Source: Ostrea edulis
Taxonomy: Eukaryota
Length of the DNA: 64,000 nt
NCBI RefSeq assembly: GCF_947568905.1
Contig: NC_079165.1
Span: 46,562,001-46,626,000, forward strand
Direction: 5' to 3'
Made by a program: the position numbers and the translations under genes. The notes under the pieces are model-generated. The model searched no databases. It worked only from the letters and a program-made list of their open reading frames with translations, and was not told where the DNA came from. Each line of letters begins with the position of its first letter. Positions within the stretch are counted from its first letter, which is position 1. Positions 25,501 through 37,500 of this stretch are shown here, piece after piece.

Positions 25501-28500
25501 ATACGATTATCAGAGAGTGTCAGAGAGGACACTGTCAGCTAGGAGAGAAAATGCGATTATCACACACTGTCAGAGAGGACCATGTCAGCTAGGAGAGAAA
25601 ATGCGACTATCACAGACTGTCAGAGAGGACACTGTCAGCTAGGAGAGAAAATACGATTATCAGAGACTGTCAGAGAGGACACTGTCAGCTAGGAGAGAAA
25701 AAACGATTATCACAGACTGTCAGAGAGGACCATGTCAGCTAGGAGAGAAAATACGACTATCACAGACTGTCAGAGAGGACACTGTCAGCTAGGAGAGAAA
25801 ATACGATTATCAGAGACTGTCAGAGAGGACACTGTCAGCTAGGAGAGAAAATGCGATTATCACACACTGTCAGAGAGGACCATGTCAGCTAGGAGAGAAA
25901 ATGCGACTATCACAGACTGTCAGAGAGGACACTGTCAGCTAGGAGAGAAAATACGATTATCAGAGACTGTCAGAGAGGACACTGTCAGCTAGGAGAGAAA
26001 AAACGATTATCACAGACTGTCAGAGAGGACCATGTCAGCTAGGAGAGAAAATACGACTATCACAGACTGTCAGAGAGGACACTGTCAGCTAGGAGAGAAA
26101 ATACGATTATCAGAGACTGTCAGAGAGGACACTGTCAGCTAGGAGAGAAAATACGACTATCACACACTGTCAGAGAGGATAACACGATCGATGTGTACTT
26201 AATCCTTCTAGAGATTCTGTATCTCTATGAAAGTTATGTCTGCTCATTTTAGAAATCAATGATATTGTCTGTTGATTTTCTATTTGACCCATATGTTATT
26301 GTATACGTGTCAATGCGTTCCTACCATTCCATGGTTTGAGTGAACTAAACTGAACTGAACTAATGTACCTGCATAATTTGTATCTATAAAGGAATCTCCA
26401 GTTATGGTTAGAAAATCCCCTGTCATGCCCTTCCAGTAATTCAGTTGTGAGGAATTCTCACATATACATGTAGGAATGTTTATACAATATTTACATCTCC
26501 AATGCGTTTGCCTTTGATGAATTGTAAAGATAACCATTTCCTCATGAACGTACTGCATATGAACATAGATAAATATAGTACGTCAATGTTAAAAGGGTTC
26601 GCACCTGAGTTTTTTAGTACTGCCAATTTTTGGGGAAGTGTTTTTAATTTCTACGTTGAAGGAGAATAGGGATTTGAACTTAAAAATTATTCAAGATCTA
26701 TGCATTTGATCTTGATATTCCTGTTAGTGTCAATACAACATAAACAATACAGTCCAATCATTACATAAAATAGATATATAATCCAGGGTTGTTGGTTGTT
26801 TTGTTTTGTTTTTTTGTTGTTTTTTTTTGTTGTTTTTTTTTTACAAAATTTCGATTATATTAATTTATACTTTTTAAGAATAGGCGTTCTGTTTGAAAAC
26901 TCTTTTTTCAAACAAATTCACGAATCACAACATCTGAATCAGTTCCAAATCTCAACTACCTTGTATCATAAATTATAAAATTGAAATACACGTATAGGGG
27001 TATGAAAATTTAGGATTTATTGGATAAAGCAGAAACTGTAATAACATGCAGATTTAAAACATTTTGATTAAACAATCCTTCCACCACAAAATGTAGTCCT
27101 GCCAAACCCTTTCAAAATTGAAATTGATACAAAGGATTTCAACTGGATAGGGTTAAGAAATAGATGCATGTATAATATGCTTGGATCAATGGGATGTGCT
27201 CAAAAGCTGGGGAGCTTAGAACTTCCTCAAGAATTCGACAGAAATGGAAGTAGTGTAAATATAAGAAATAATTTTCACTTCTGAAAATACGAAAATGTGC
27301 CTATTTTTCTATTAGGCCCTATAATGAATGAACCATATCTCCTTAAAGAATTTCATAATGTGAAGATACTAGAAAGAAAACGCAGGCCCTCATTTAGGGA
27401 ATTCTTTATATAGAAGAATATCATAATAGAACGTATCATGGAGGTGTGTTTTACTGCATCCTATTTTCCTCTCTTTGATTTGCTAAACGCCGGAATAAAA
27501 ATCACTATTATTGTTATATCAAGTAAGCATTCTTAATGTATTATAAATATGTTCGCTGTGGTCGTGTTAATTATTCATTTTCGCAGAATTGAGGACAAAT
27601 ATGTGATCCGGTATATTATATTACTTTACCAAGTCCACTTGGTGGATCCTCTACTTGAAAACCCCGAGAGTTTTCAGCAGTAAGAGGGCTGTTTGCCTGG
27701 TAGCTCTTGCTTTCTGTCCTCTCTTCCGGATTTGATTCGGCCCTGGTCTGCGGGATTTCGTCCTCTACAAAGGTCCAGTGTCCGTCATTTTTGGACGAGT
27801 CTGTTCCCGCTGCCGGACCATCGACATCTTCGTCCGATTTCTCATTCCTTTCTGGAACACTTTCTTTTGAATCCTCGTTTTCTGTTTGTGTAGTGGGTTC
27901 CCTTTCGTCTGTTGCTTTGGTGTATTCAGGCTTTGAGAAGCAATGTTTCGGCTCGGCTAAGTTTCCTTCCACCCCAAAAAATAAATTAAAGTGCAGGTAC
28001 TTAGTACTGGTATATGATACTAACAATGAAGACTTTCCTAACGAACTCCGAGGGGAAGACACAATAAAATATCTTGTTCTTATGATATCATTTACAAAAA
28101 GAATCTGGAGAAAGTCAACACTTCCTTATTCTTGATGATGAGATAATTTCACAGCTCCCTCAATATAAAGTTACGTCTGCATAAACTATATACATGTACA
28201 GTAGTACTATCAATAGTTACCCAATATTCTTATCGAGTCTTTCCCGAGATCTAGCAACTGGTTGCTTCTTTCACTTCTAATATCCTCCCCTTCCTCAACA
28301 AAATACACTCTCAGGTGTTGAAAAATGTGTTGAAATAGGTTGCTGCTCTATTTAAAAAGACCATGCATGGACAGCGATATATAAAAATGCCAACACAAAT
28401 ATCTTCGGTTGATTTCCCTTTGGAGATGTTTTAGCAAATGGAAATTTGGTGAACAGTTGATTTTAAGATAGAATATTAAATAAATATATTTACTGTATGT

Positions 28501-31500
28501 TGTCACACTAACTGTCGGTATTTACTGTATGGGATCACACTAACTGTCGGTATTTACTGTATGTGATCACACTAACTGTCGGTATTTACTGTATGTTGTC
28601 ACACTAACTGTCGGTATTTACTGTATGTGATCACACTAACTGTCGGTATTTACTGTATGTGATCACACTAACTGTCGGTATTTACTGTATGTTGTCACAC
28701 TAACTGTCGGTATTTACTGTATGGGATCACACTAACTGTCGGTATTTACTGTATGGGATCACACTAACTGTCGGTATTTACTGTATGGGATCACACTAAC
28801 TGTCGGTATTTACTGTATGGGATCACACTAACTGTCGGTATTTACTGTATGGGATCACACTAACTGTCGGTATTTACTGTATGGGATCACACTAACTGTC
28901 GGTATTTACTGTATGGGATCACACTAACTGTCGGTATTTACTGTATGGGATCACACTAACTGTCGGTATTTACTGTATGGGATCACACTAACTGTCGGTA
29001 TTTACTGTATGGGATCACACTAACTGTCGGTATTTACTGTATGTAGAGTAAGTACCTCTGGAAACCCCGAAGACGAATATGTCATCGACTTGCTATGGCA
29101 ACCACCACACGTGCCTGGTACTGTTCCCTGTTCCTTTTGTCGTCTTGTACCTTATTCACAGAAGAGTTAGTTAGGTAAAACATGCTCGATCGTTTTGACA
29201 TTTGACGATTGACTCTATCATTTACAGTGCTTTTGAAACATCCGTTGACCTTGGCTTTTCAGTTGACCTAGTAAGAAGTATCTATCTTACAAATTACCAA
29301 CAGATAGACAGACCCTCAATCTTTGGAGCACCTTAAATTCACATTTTATCAACTGAGATAGTATTTTTATGTTTGCGTCAAAAGAGCATTTTTGTTTTCA
29401 AGTGAAGCGAAATGTATTCAATGTATTATGCTTTAAATAGTTTATGTTTACGCTGAGGGGTTTCTTCAATAAGAATATTTTCCAACACTTCCTCAATGTG
29501 ACCATCTTTCTCTTGCAAAAGACGGAGGAGCCATCCGCCTTCGTTGTGGAAACCCATTGACATCATCTGTTGTAAGGCTTCTTCAATTTCATTGCCTGAA
29601 ATACAAAAATTTAAGAAAATAATATATTTCAGACAACATTTCGAGACCGAGGAGATTACCCTGCATCATCCACGAAAACAAAAACTTCATTTCTATCCTA
29701 CTTCGGCTCAGAAATATAAAGTCGTTTACCTATACAGTTACGAATTAGTCACCGTGATGTCATTGCAGTTATGGTTGTAGGTTGGTTGAATATTACTCAA
29801 GAATTTTTCACTCACATATGGAGACGTCACCATTGCTGGTGAAGAGCTGCAAAATTTAGAGCTATGCTCGGCGCTTACGGCCTTTCAGCAGGGCGGGATC
29901 TTTATCGTGCCACACCTGCTGTGATACGGGGTCCGGTTTTTGCGGTCTCATTCGAAGGACCGCCCCATTTAGTCGCCTCTTACGACATGGAAGTGAACAG
30001 TAGGATAGCTCACAATTTACATACTTTTCATGTATCATGTTTGTTTGCAGATGCTCTACCGTTTTCAATAAAGTGATGCTTGTTTTAAATGTGAAAAAGC
30101 ATGTGTATCATGGAATGATGACATTTCAACTAAGGGAATATTTTTCATAATGTGATCAATATTTGAAAATTTACGTGTGGTAGTATGGATGATCCTCAGT
30201 ACACCCCTCTGTAAATTTTCAAAATGGGATAGAAAATTGCCGATTTCTGATTTTACTTTTATCCATGCGCTCTAAACATAATATAATGATTTCTTCCAAA
30301 AATACATGTAAATGCTTTCTAACTAAACGAGAAAGTCATTTTATCAGCATTCTTTTGTGAGTTATTCTATGCAAAAATGGAAATACGCAATGAAGGTATT
30401 CATCCAATAACTTGTAACGACACTTGTAGATTTCGAGAAGGATTCTGGGAAGAAACGTTGTTCCCGTGCTCTTACAGGAAAATATCTTAATCATTCAGGA
30501 ATATAGTATGTTGTTGTGAATCATACCATCATTGGGGTGACCGTTGCAATGGTGGAGGCATATTGCCCTCAATTTAAAAAGAGGAATTTATGTTGTTGCA
30601 GTGAAAGCAAACTCCGAAAACTTCATCAAGTTTGAGCATCTCGAAGTTTCTATTAACAACAACGACAATAATGTTTTTTCTAAGAACAAAATTAACGTTC
30701 TAACTTCTTACATGGATCAGAAATAAATGTTTCACTGGTTTCGCATTCGGTCACTGTGTTTTCTTCCAGTTGGTTCTCGGGTTTTGTGTTCTGCTCGCTC
30801 TTAGCATTACTCTGGTCGACACGCTCTACTTCTTTGTCGATGTCAATTGATTCTTTGTTATTTTCGGTGCTCTCGTTGGTGACGTCAACATTTTCAAATC
30901 GATCAGCGCTTTCGGAAACCCTTTGATCAGCATTTCCTGTGAATGTTAAAAATGTTTTTAACATGTTTAATAGAAATGCCATTGAAATTGCACTGTAATT
31001 GGTACCGGTAGTCGTCTTCACCTTGGCCAGTCATGTAATCTGGGAATAGTTTTACGCCGATGGTAATATATTGCACAAATTCTTCTGTTCCAACTTCTGG
31101 AATTTTTGTTGCACATGCCTTAAGTTTTGGCTTGAGAAATGGTGTACGTGTGTGCACTGGAAAAAATATCAATTTATAGAATACCAGTCGGGGTATGATT
31201 TTTCTCCAAAAGAATGTTTGAACTCTGAACTTTACAGTGTGAATATCTTGGAATTACCTCTAGCGTATATTTTCAAGCAACCGTCTACCGCATTCTTCGT
31301 AAACTCCGACATTTCTTCGTTCGAAGAAAAGGACACAAAGTCACCGTCATCATCTAGGATATAAAGCAAAAAGACGGATTTCTTTTATCTGAAATATGCT
31401 CAAAGTTTCTATCTCTATTAACAATATGTATAAACAATTAAATGCTTTCTTTGTTGTTTTATTGGTGATGAAGGTACATGTAGCTAAAATTGCACAAACA

Positions 31501-34500
31501 ATTCATGTAATTTTTTTTTTGCAATGATTGCTACCCTCATCACCCGATAAAACAACAAAGACAATTCATTATTTATATTTTTATGTATTTTTAAAACATA
31601 TAAACTAGATTGAAATACATATCGTTGACCATTTTGTTACTTTAAACTATGGACACGATTTGAGCTGACAATTTTCAAATTCTATTTTTCCATTTTTTAA
31701 GGTTTAGAATACTTAAGGAAGGAAGTTTTAATAGTCAAACAAAATTTGAATATCAGTTGACTTGAGTTACAGGTGAGATACAGCACTCACAATTATTTGT
31801 TATGTAAACAAGGCTCGTGCCATGTTTTTGTATATATTGCTCAATAGAAAATATCCTGTTTAAAACAAAATGATATGTGCTAAACACTAGCAACTATCTA
31901 ATTGTATTCAGATTCACTTGTAAATTGAAAAATTGCTTTAAACGAAATTTGTACTGGTATATTTAACCTATGTAAACAAAAACCTTGGCACGAGCCTTGT
32001 TTATATAACAAAGAATTGTGAGTTCTGTACATGTATCTCCCATATACCACGACAACCGACATTCAAAGCTGATCATTAGAAATACCTTAGTTAAACATTC
32101 TAAACATTAAAAATGGAAAAACAGAATTAGAAAATTTTCAACTCAAATCGTGTCCATGCCCCTTTGAAGTAACAAAATGGATTTGAAACAACAAACATGT
32201 AATAAAAGCAATCTCAATTTCAAAAGAAATGTAAGAGAAAACATTCAGTGAATATAAATACATGTACAAGATAATTTTGATGCAAAGCATCTTTAATAGA
32301 ATCGGTAGCTAAAATTTTAGATATTATAAACTCATAAACTATTTCGAAACACACACACACACGGAATTTGTAATATGAAATAATTCATTTAAAAATGGAA
32401 ACAAAATTTAGAAACAATCTAATTCAAATACACTTTTAAAAAAGCACCAATACTATCATCTATGTAAGAGCACTAAAAAAATTTAGGTTTAAATAATGGA
32501 TGTGTCCGGTTGATATTGCAACAGAACTTGAACTTAAATAAATGATTTTAGAATCAGCAGGTGCATCTCTAGAGCTACATCATGTGTATCGAGGAAATTC
32601 ATAGAAAGCATATACAAAATACGGACGTTAAGCAAGTGTGTCTATGAAAAATATGCTAGACACAGGGAACTAACATTGTAATCAATAATTATTGGATGAA
32701 GTTTAGATTCTTTTAGTTTTACACCAGATTTCATTATTGAATAATAATAAACACGGGACGTTCCGGGATTTCGCCCCCTTTGACGCCCATCGGAGCGAAC
32801 TGGGGACTTAAATGCAACCAACAGGTCTTTTCCCCACGCCCCACTGAATTGAAATCCTAAATCCGCCTAAGCTACAGATGTAATAAAGGAAATTTGCATC
32901 CAAGAACCTAAATATTGATTTATAAAATGTTGAAGTACCATCATGATGGTATGCAAAAATAACTCTTGTTTTTATCAATTCATTATGTTAAATAAATCTG
33001 GAACCTCATAATGAGTTGCTTCTATATTCTACACACTGCCATTCCGGGGAGGAGCTTCGTATGAAATATTTGTTTAATGAATGTATTGATTACAGTAATC
33101 AACAATGATATTTCTGTATTTTTTTCAAAATCTGTTATTCATGTCATTGATAAGAAATCATCCTACCGAAACAAAAATCAAAATATATGATTTCTCATTT
33201 CTCCATGCGCATTTTCTAACACAACCACAAATGGATGAGGGGGCGGACAAGGGATAGCCCTCTTACCCCCACCCCCACCCCCTTCTCCTGAATAGTGATA
33301 AATTGCATTTCATTTGGGTGCTGAAGTGTATTGCATGCCACTTTCTTACCTATGCACTGCAACGGTTATAATACATATGAATATAACAGGTTTGCGCGAT
33401 GTTGCAAATGTCAGGGACGGATCCAGGAATTGCGGTTAGGGGGTGGAACTTTACGAGGCAGGGGGTTTGGGTCCCCCGGACGCTCCTTGATTTTACAGAT
33501 TTTATAGGGCTTGAAATGTGTCTCCTATGTAGTCATTTTTACTATTTTCGGTAAAATGACGTAAATTTTAAAGGTTTTTGGAAAAAATGTAAGTTCTCCC
33601 ATTAAAAGTAATTCAATAAATCAAAAGATTTTGGCATTTTATTTCTCTGAGAGTGGAAGAAATTATTGCTTCTCTTATAGTTTACAGTTTTCTTAGCAAG
33701 AGACCACGATTTAAATTTGAAAATTTTAGGAGGGAGCGCGCGCCGGCTGCGCCCCCTTAAATCCGCCAATGAATGTATTCTTTATTGTATTTGTAAATTG
33801 TTTCTCTCAAAGTTTCAATATTCCCATCGTCGGATACCCACGGCTGATCTCGTCTTCTACTCGTAGAAGACGAGATCAGCCGTGGGTATATCCGACGATG
33901 CAATATACCCAGCGAATTGCCAATACAAAGCTAAAGCTAAAATGATCAGGTTTAAAATGTAAATATGTTAAAAGAGTATTTTATAGACTTTAAAAAGTTT
34001 AATTGTTGTTGACGTCTGTATTGATATAGGGAGGTGACCATTCTACATTGATCAAGTGCTTTTTTATGGGATTCGAAACTGTGACTGTGAGATGAGTTTG
34101 ACTTCTAGGCGGGCAATTCTACTTTCACTTTGAACGGTAAGTTGAAAAGAGCGTCACCCTTGGCTAGCGAAGATGGCTGCATCTTTGATGTAAAATATCT
34201 CGAAAAGGAATCAAGGACCCAAATGCAAATTTGGCCTTGTTGGATATGTTAGGATTTTTGCTGATAGTTGAAATCTGTCATTATATTTGGAATTTTAAAA
34301 AAAAATATTTAGGGGTTGAAAATGGGTATATTTTCCTCATTTTTATTTATTTTTTACTTCCAGGATGGCAGGTGCCTGAGTGTATCTCAACCCATTTCCA
34401 GGCTAGCAGCAGATGTCATGATGGACCTTTAAAATCTTTCACATGTGTACTTTCAAGAAGCATATACATTATTTTTGAAAATTGGTTGCCATGGTAATAA

Positions 34501-37500
34501 AATCTGAAAATTTAAACAAGGGCTGTGTTCAAGATCGTAGCGGCTAGCATAGGGGGCTAGGTATGGCGGCTGATTTGTGTCATTTTACAACTTATCGTCT
34601 TTTTGTTATTTCGAGGCGAAAAAACACCAAAACTGTTACGATATTTACCGACTTTTCGTCCCGAAATAACGAAAAGACGACAAAATGATAATATCAGCTA
34701 CTTTTCGCCTCAAAATAACGAAAAGACAACACGTTGTAAGATGGCACAAATCAGCCACCATACCTAGCCCCTAAGCTAGCCGCTATACAAGAGGGCGCGT
34801 TACGCAAGCTTCACATACACCTCTGTCAACGCTTGGAATCGCGTGACAATATAATCACATGATATAAACAAGAATTCTCGGTTTCCTTTCCGTTTAAAAG
34901 TTCTGGTAACAGGTGATGACATCAGGCTCTTTTCATAGCCCAATGGCACAAATCAACCACCATACCTAGCCAGTTGGCAATGCATCAAATTCACTCATGG
35001 ATGCCATCGTATTACATCCGAGATCTCAATCTCTACCCAGAGTTATCGTTCCTTACACTCACTTACACCTCTGTAAACGTCTCAAGGGTTTTACAAGATT
35101 TTTGTAAAATGGCACGTATGCTCAAATAAAGTATGGTTTTGACTTCAGTTACAAAAATATACGTAAATAAATAAATATTGAGCAGATGTCAAGTCTTTTT
35201 GTGACACAAGAAGCATTGATTTGGATTGAAACGTAGATATTGGGCAGTTCTATACATAGGTACATGAAGAATATATAGTAATGGAAAAAAATCTACAAAT
35301 AGTTGCTTGTCCTACATTTTCCAGATATTTCATAAAATAGTTCTTAGTTTTATTAGCCGTAAAAAAAAGTGGATTTACATGTGGAATAACATTGCTTATT
35401 TTGAGACGTAAGTGAGTATAAGGAACGATAACTCTGGGTAGAGATTGCCGAGATCTGTGTAGAGTGCGCGAGACATTCGAGGAGTTCCGATTGCGATACG
35501 ATCTTGAACGCAGCCCATTCTCTCACCAGAGGGCGCGTTACGCAGTGCGAGGAGCGCATGGAACTAATATTTAAAGAGACACTACAGCTCATTTTCCACA
35601 TTTTAATAAAGTGTTTTTTAAAACACGTATTGATAAAATGATAAATATCATATCGATACTGACAATTTTGAACAATTGGATGCATCAACTTACTCTCAAA
35701 TGCGCTTTGAAGATCGTCCGGAATTCAAAGGTTTCTTCATACTGACTCGGACTATTGAATGCTTATTTACATCACGTGGTTTTGAATGACAGCAAAGGTG
35801 TTGTGTAGGAAATTATTTAAATTCCCCTTCAAGGGGGTCCACACTCACCTTTCAAGTATAAGATTATTCCCTGCTCCTTATAATAAGTAATTATATAAAT
35901 CATTGTTTCAACAGAAGCCCTTCCATGTTCCAATTGACCGATGTTTTTACAACTAACACGTGTGTGTTCAGATAAAAATAGCACAAGTTTACTTTTAAAA
36001 AGCAGTGTCTTCGCGGCTAGTCCCAATGGCAGATTTAGGGAGGGGGGGGGGCAGGATCCCCCTCCCTCTCGCCACAAATTGTGAGTGAAAATCCAAATTT
36101 TGCACCCAGAAACCCGATTACTTTGGCTAATATTTGACTTTCTCATTCCCCTTCGGAAATCCTAGCTAGATCCGCCACTGAGTTATAATCATTTCTCCTA
36201 GCCTTTTGTTTTCCAACAGTCATACTGATCGCAAGGTCAATTTTATTTCACATATTAGTTTTATCTCATTTTATTTTTACCTCTTTTCTTACAGAATCTG
36301 TCAAAATTCTGGATCTATCTATCCACTACACTTCCTCTCACTGGACGACATGCTGCACTGTTTACTGTCTGTGCGCATGCGTCTGAAGACCGAAAGGAGG
36401 AGACTCGATATTTTTTGTATAGGCCATCAAAAAGTATTAAATTTTACGTTAAAACGAGAATTTTTGACTTTAGATAAGTGTTATTTTCGCAAAGTTCATA
36501 CATTCAACAATGCAACAAAAATTGAAAAATCGCTGGGAAAATTGTCATTTAATGATTTTTGCGCAAAATGAGCTGTAGTGTCTCTTTAAGGAGGGGACGC
36601 AGCCGACCCCCCCCCCCCCTAAAAATTTCAAATTTTATGTAAATCGTAGTATCTTGTTTAGAAAAATGTACTAAGCGATAAAAGAAGCAATAATTTCTTC
36701 CACTCCCAGAGAAATAAATGACAAAATATTTTGATTTCTTGAATTACTTGAGTATGAGAACTTATTTTTTTCCCCAAAAACCCTTAAAATTTGCGTCATT
36801 TTATTAATTTCACCTTATTAAAAATGATAAAATATAATACAAATGACTAAATAGGAGACATATTTCAGGCCCAATAAAATCTGTAAAATCCAGGATCTTC
36901 CGGGGGCTGCGCCCCCACCAGGGCCTCGCCCTGGACCCACTGGGGGCCTCAAGTCGGCCTCCAGACCCCCTGCCTCACCCAGTGGCGCCCCCTGTAGCCT
37001 CAATTCCTGGATCCGCCCCAGGTTTAAGACCCAAAACACAATGGGAACGGCATCGAATACGTATATTCGGTATGATCAGTTTGATGCAGATTAGTGGTGA
37101 AAAACGAAAGGAGTTTTAAAAAAGAAGTATAAGTACCTCTCCACTAAACCTCTACCCCCCCCCCCCCTTCACAACCCCTTCTTCTCACCCTGCCCGCCCC
37201 CTCATAGATCGGCCGCTAATTGCTGGGAAAAGCTCATATTTGCACAGATTCCACGTTTGCACGTACCTAAGACAGTTTTCCCCCCTAGGCTTCTAAATAA
37301 AGTATTGTGCACACATGTACCTTGTACACACTTCCCACTTTGGAAACTGGCATTCCAAAATAAGCACAAGATATCCATCACTTCGTGATAATGAATTTCC
37401 TTCCCCATACAGAGAAATACTTCCCTGTATTCTATTTTACGGGGTGACGTAAGTTAGGCTCGTATGCTATGTACTTCATACATTTGAATTTTTTCTCCGC

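Noticed and set aside
20048-25542. Many 60-117 aa ORFs (MSARRENT..., MRLSQTVRE...) in the ORF track
   Set aside because: Chance frames in a 50-bp satellite; the period is not a multiple of 3 and frames are punctuated by stops.
19115-26179. CRISPR-like appearance of regularly repeated units
   Set aside because: No unique spacers; the whole unit repeats, and the context is eukaryotic.
26310-26558. Frame containing RGFSNHNW as a possible UBA of the paralog
   Set aside because: Poor match and a GAG acceptor; an unmistakable UBA exon exists at 15235-15383.
27451-27482. Possible short terminal exon ANQREENRMQ* after the LIR exon
   Set aside because: The phase fits but there is no homology; the UBA exon is the better partner. 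It cannot be excluded as a minor isoform.
27707-28135. 142-aa plus-strand Ser-rich ORF
   Set aside because: Antisense shadow of the acidic LIR exon.
28160-28220. Acceptor ttatgcAG at 28177 giving DVTLY*
   Set aside because: It would require a 44-nt intron, shorter than any other intron in this window.
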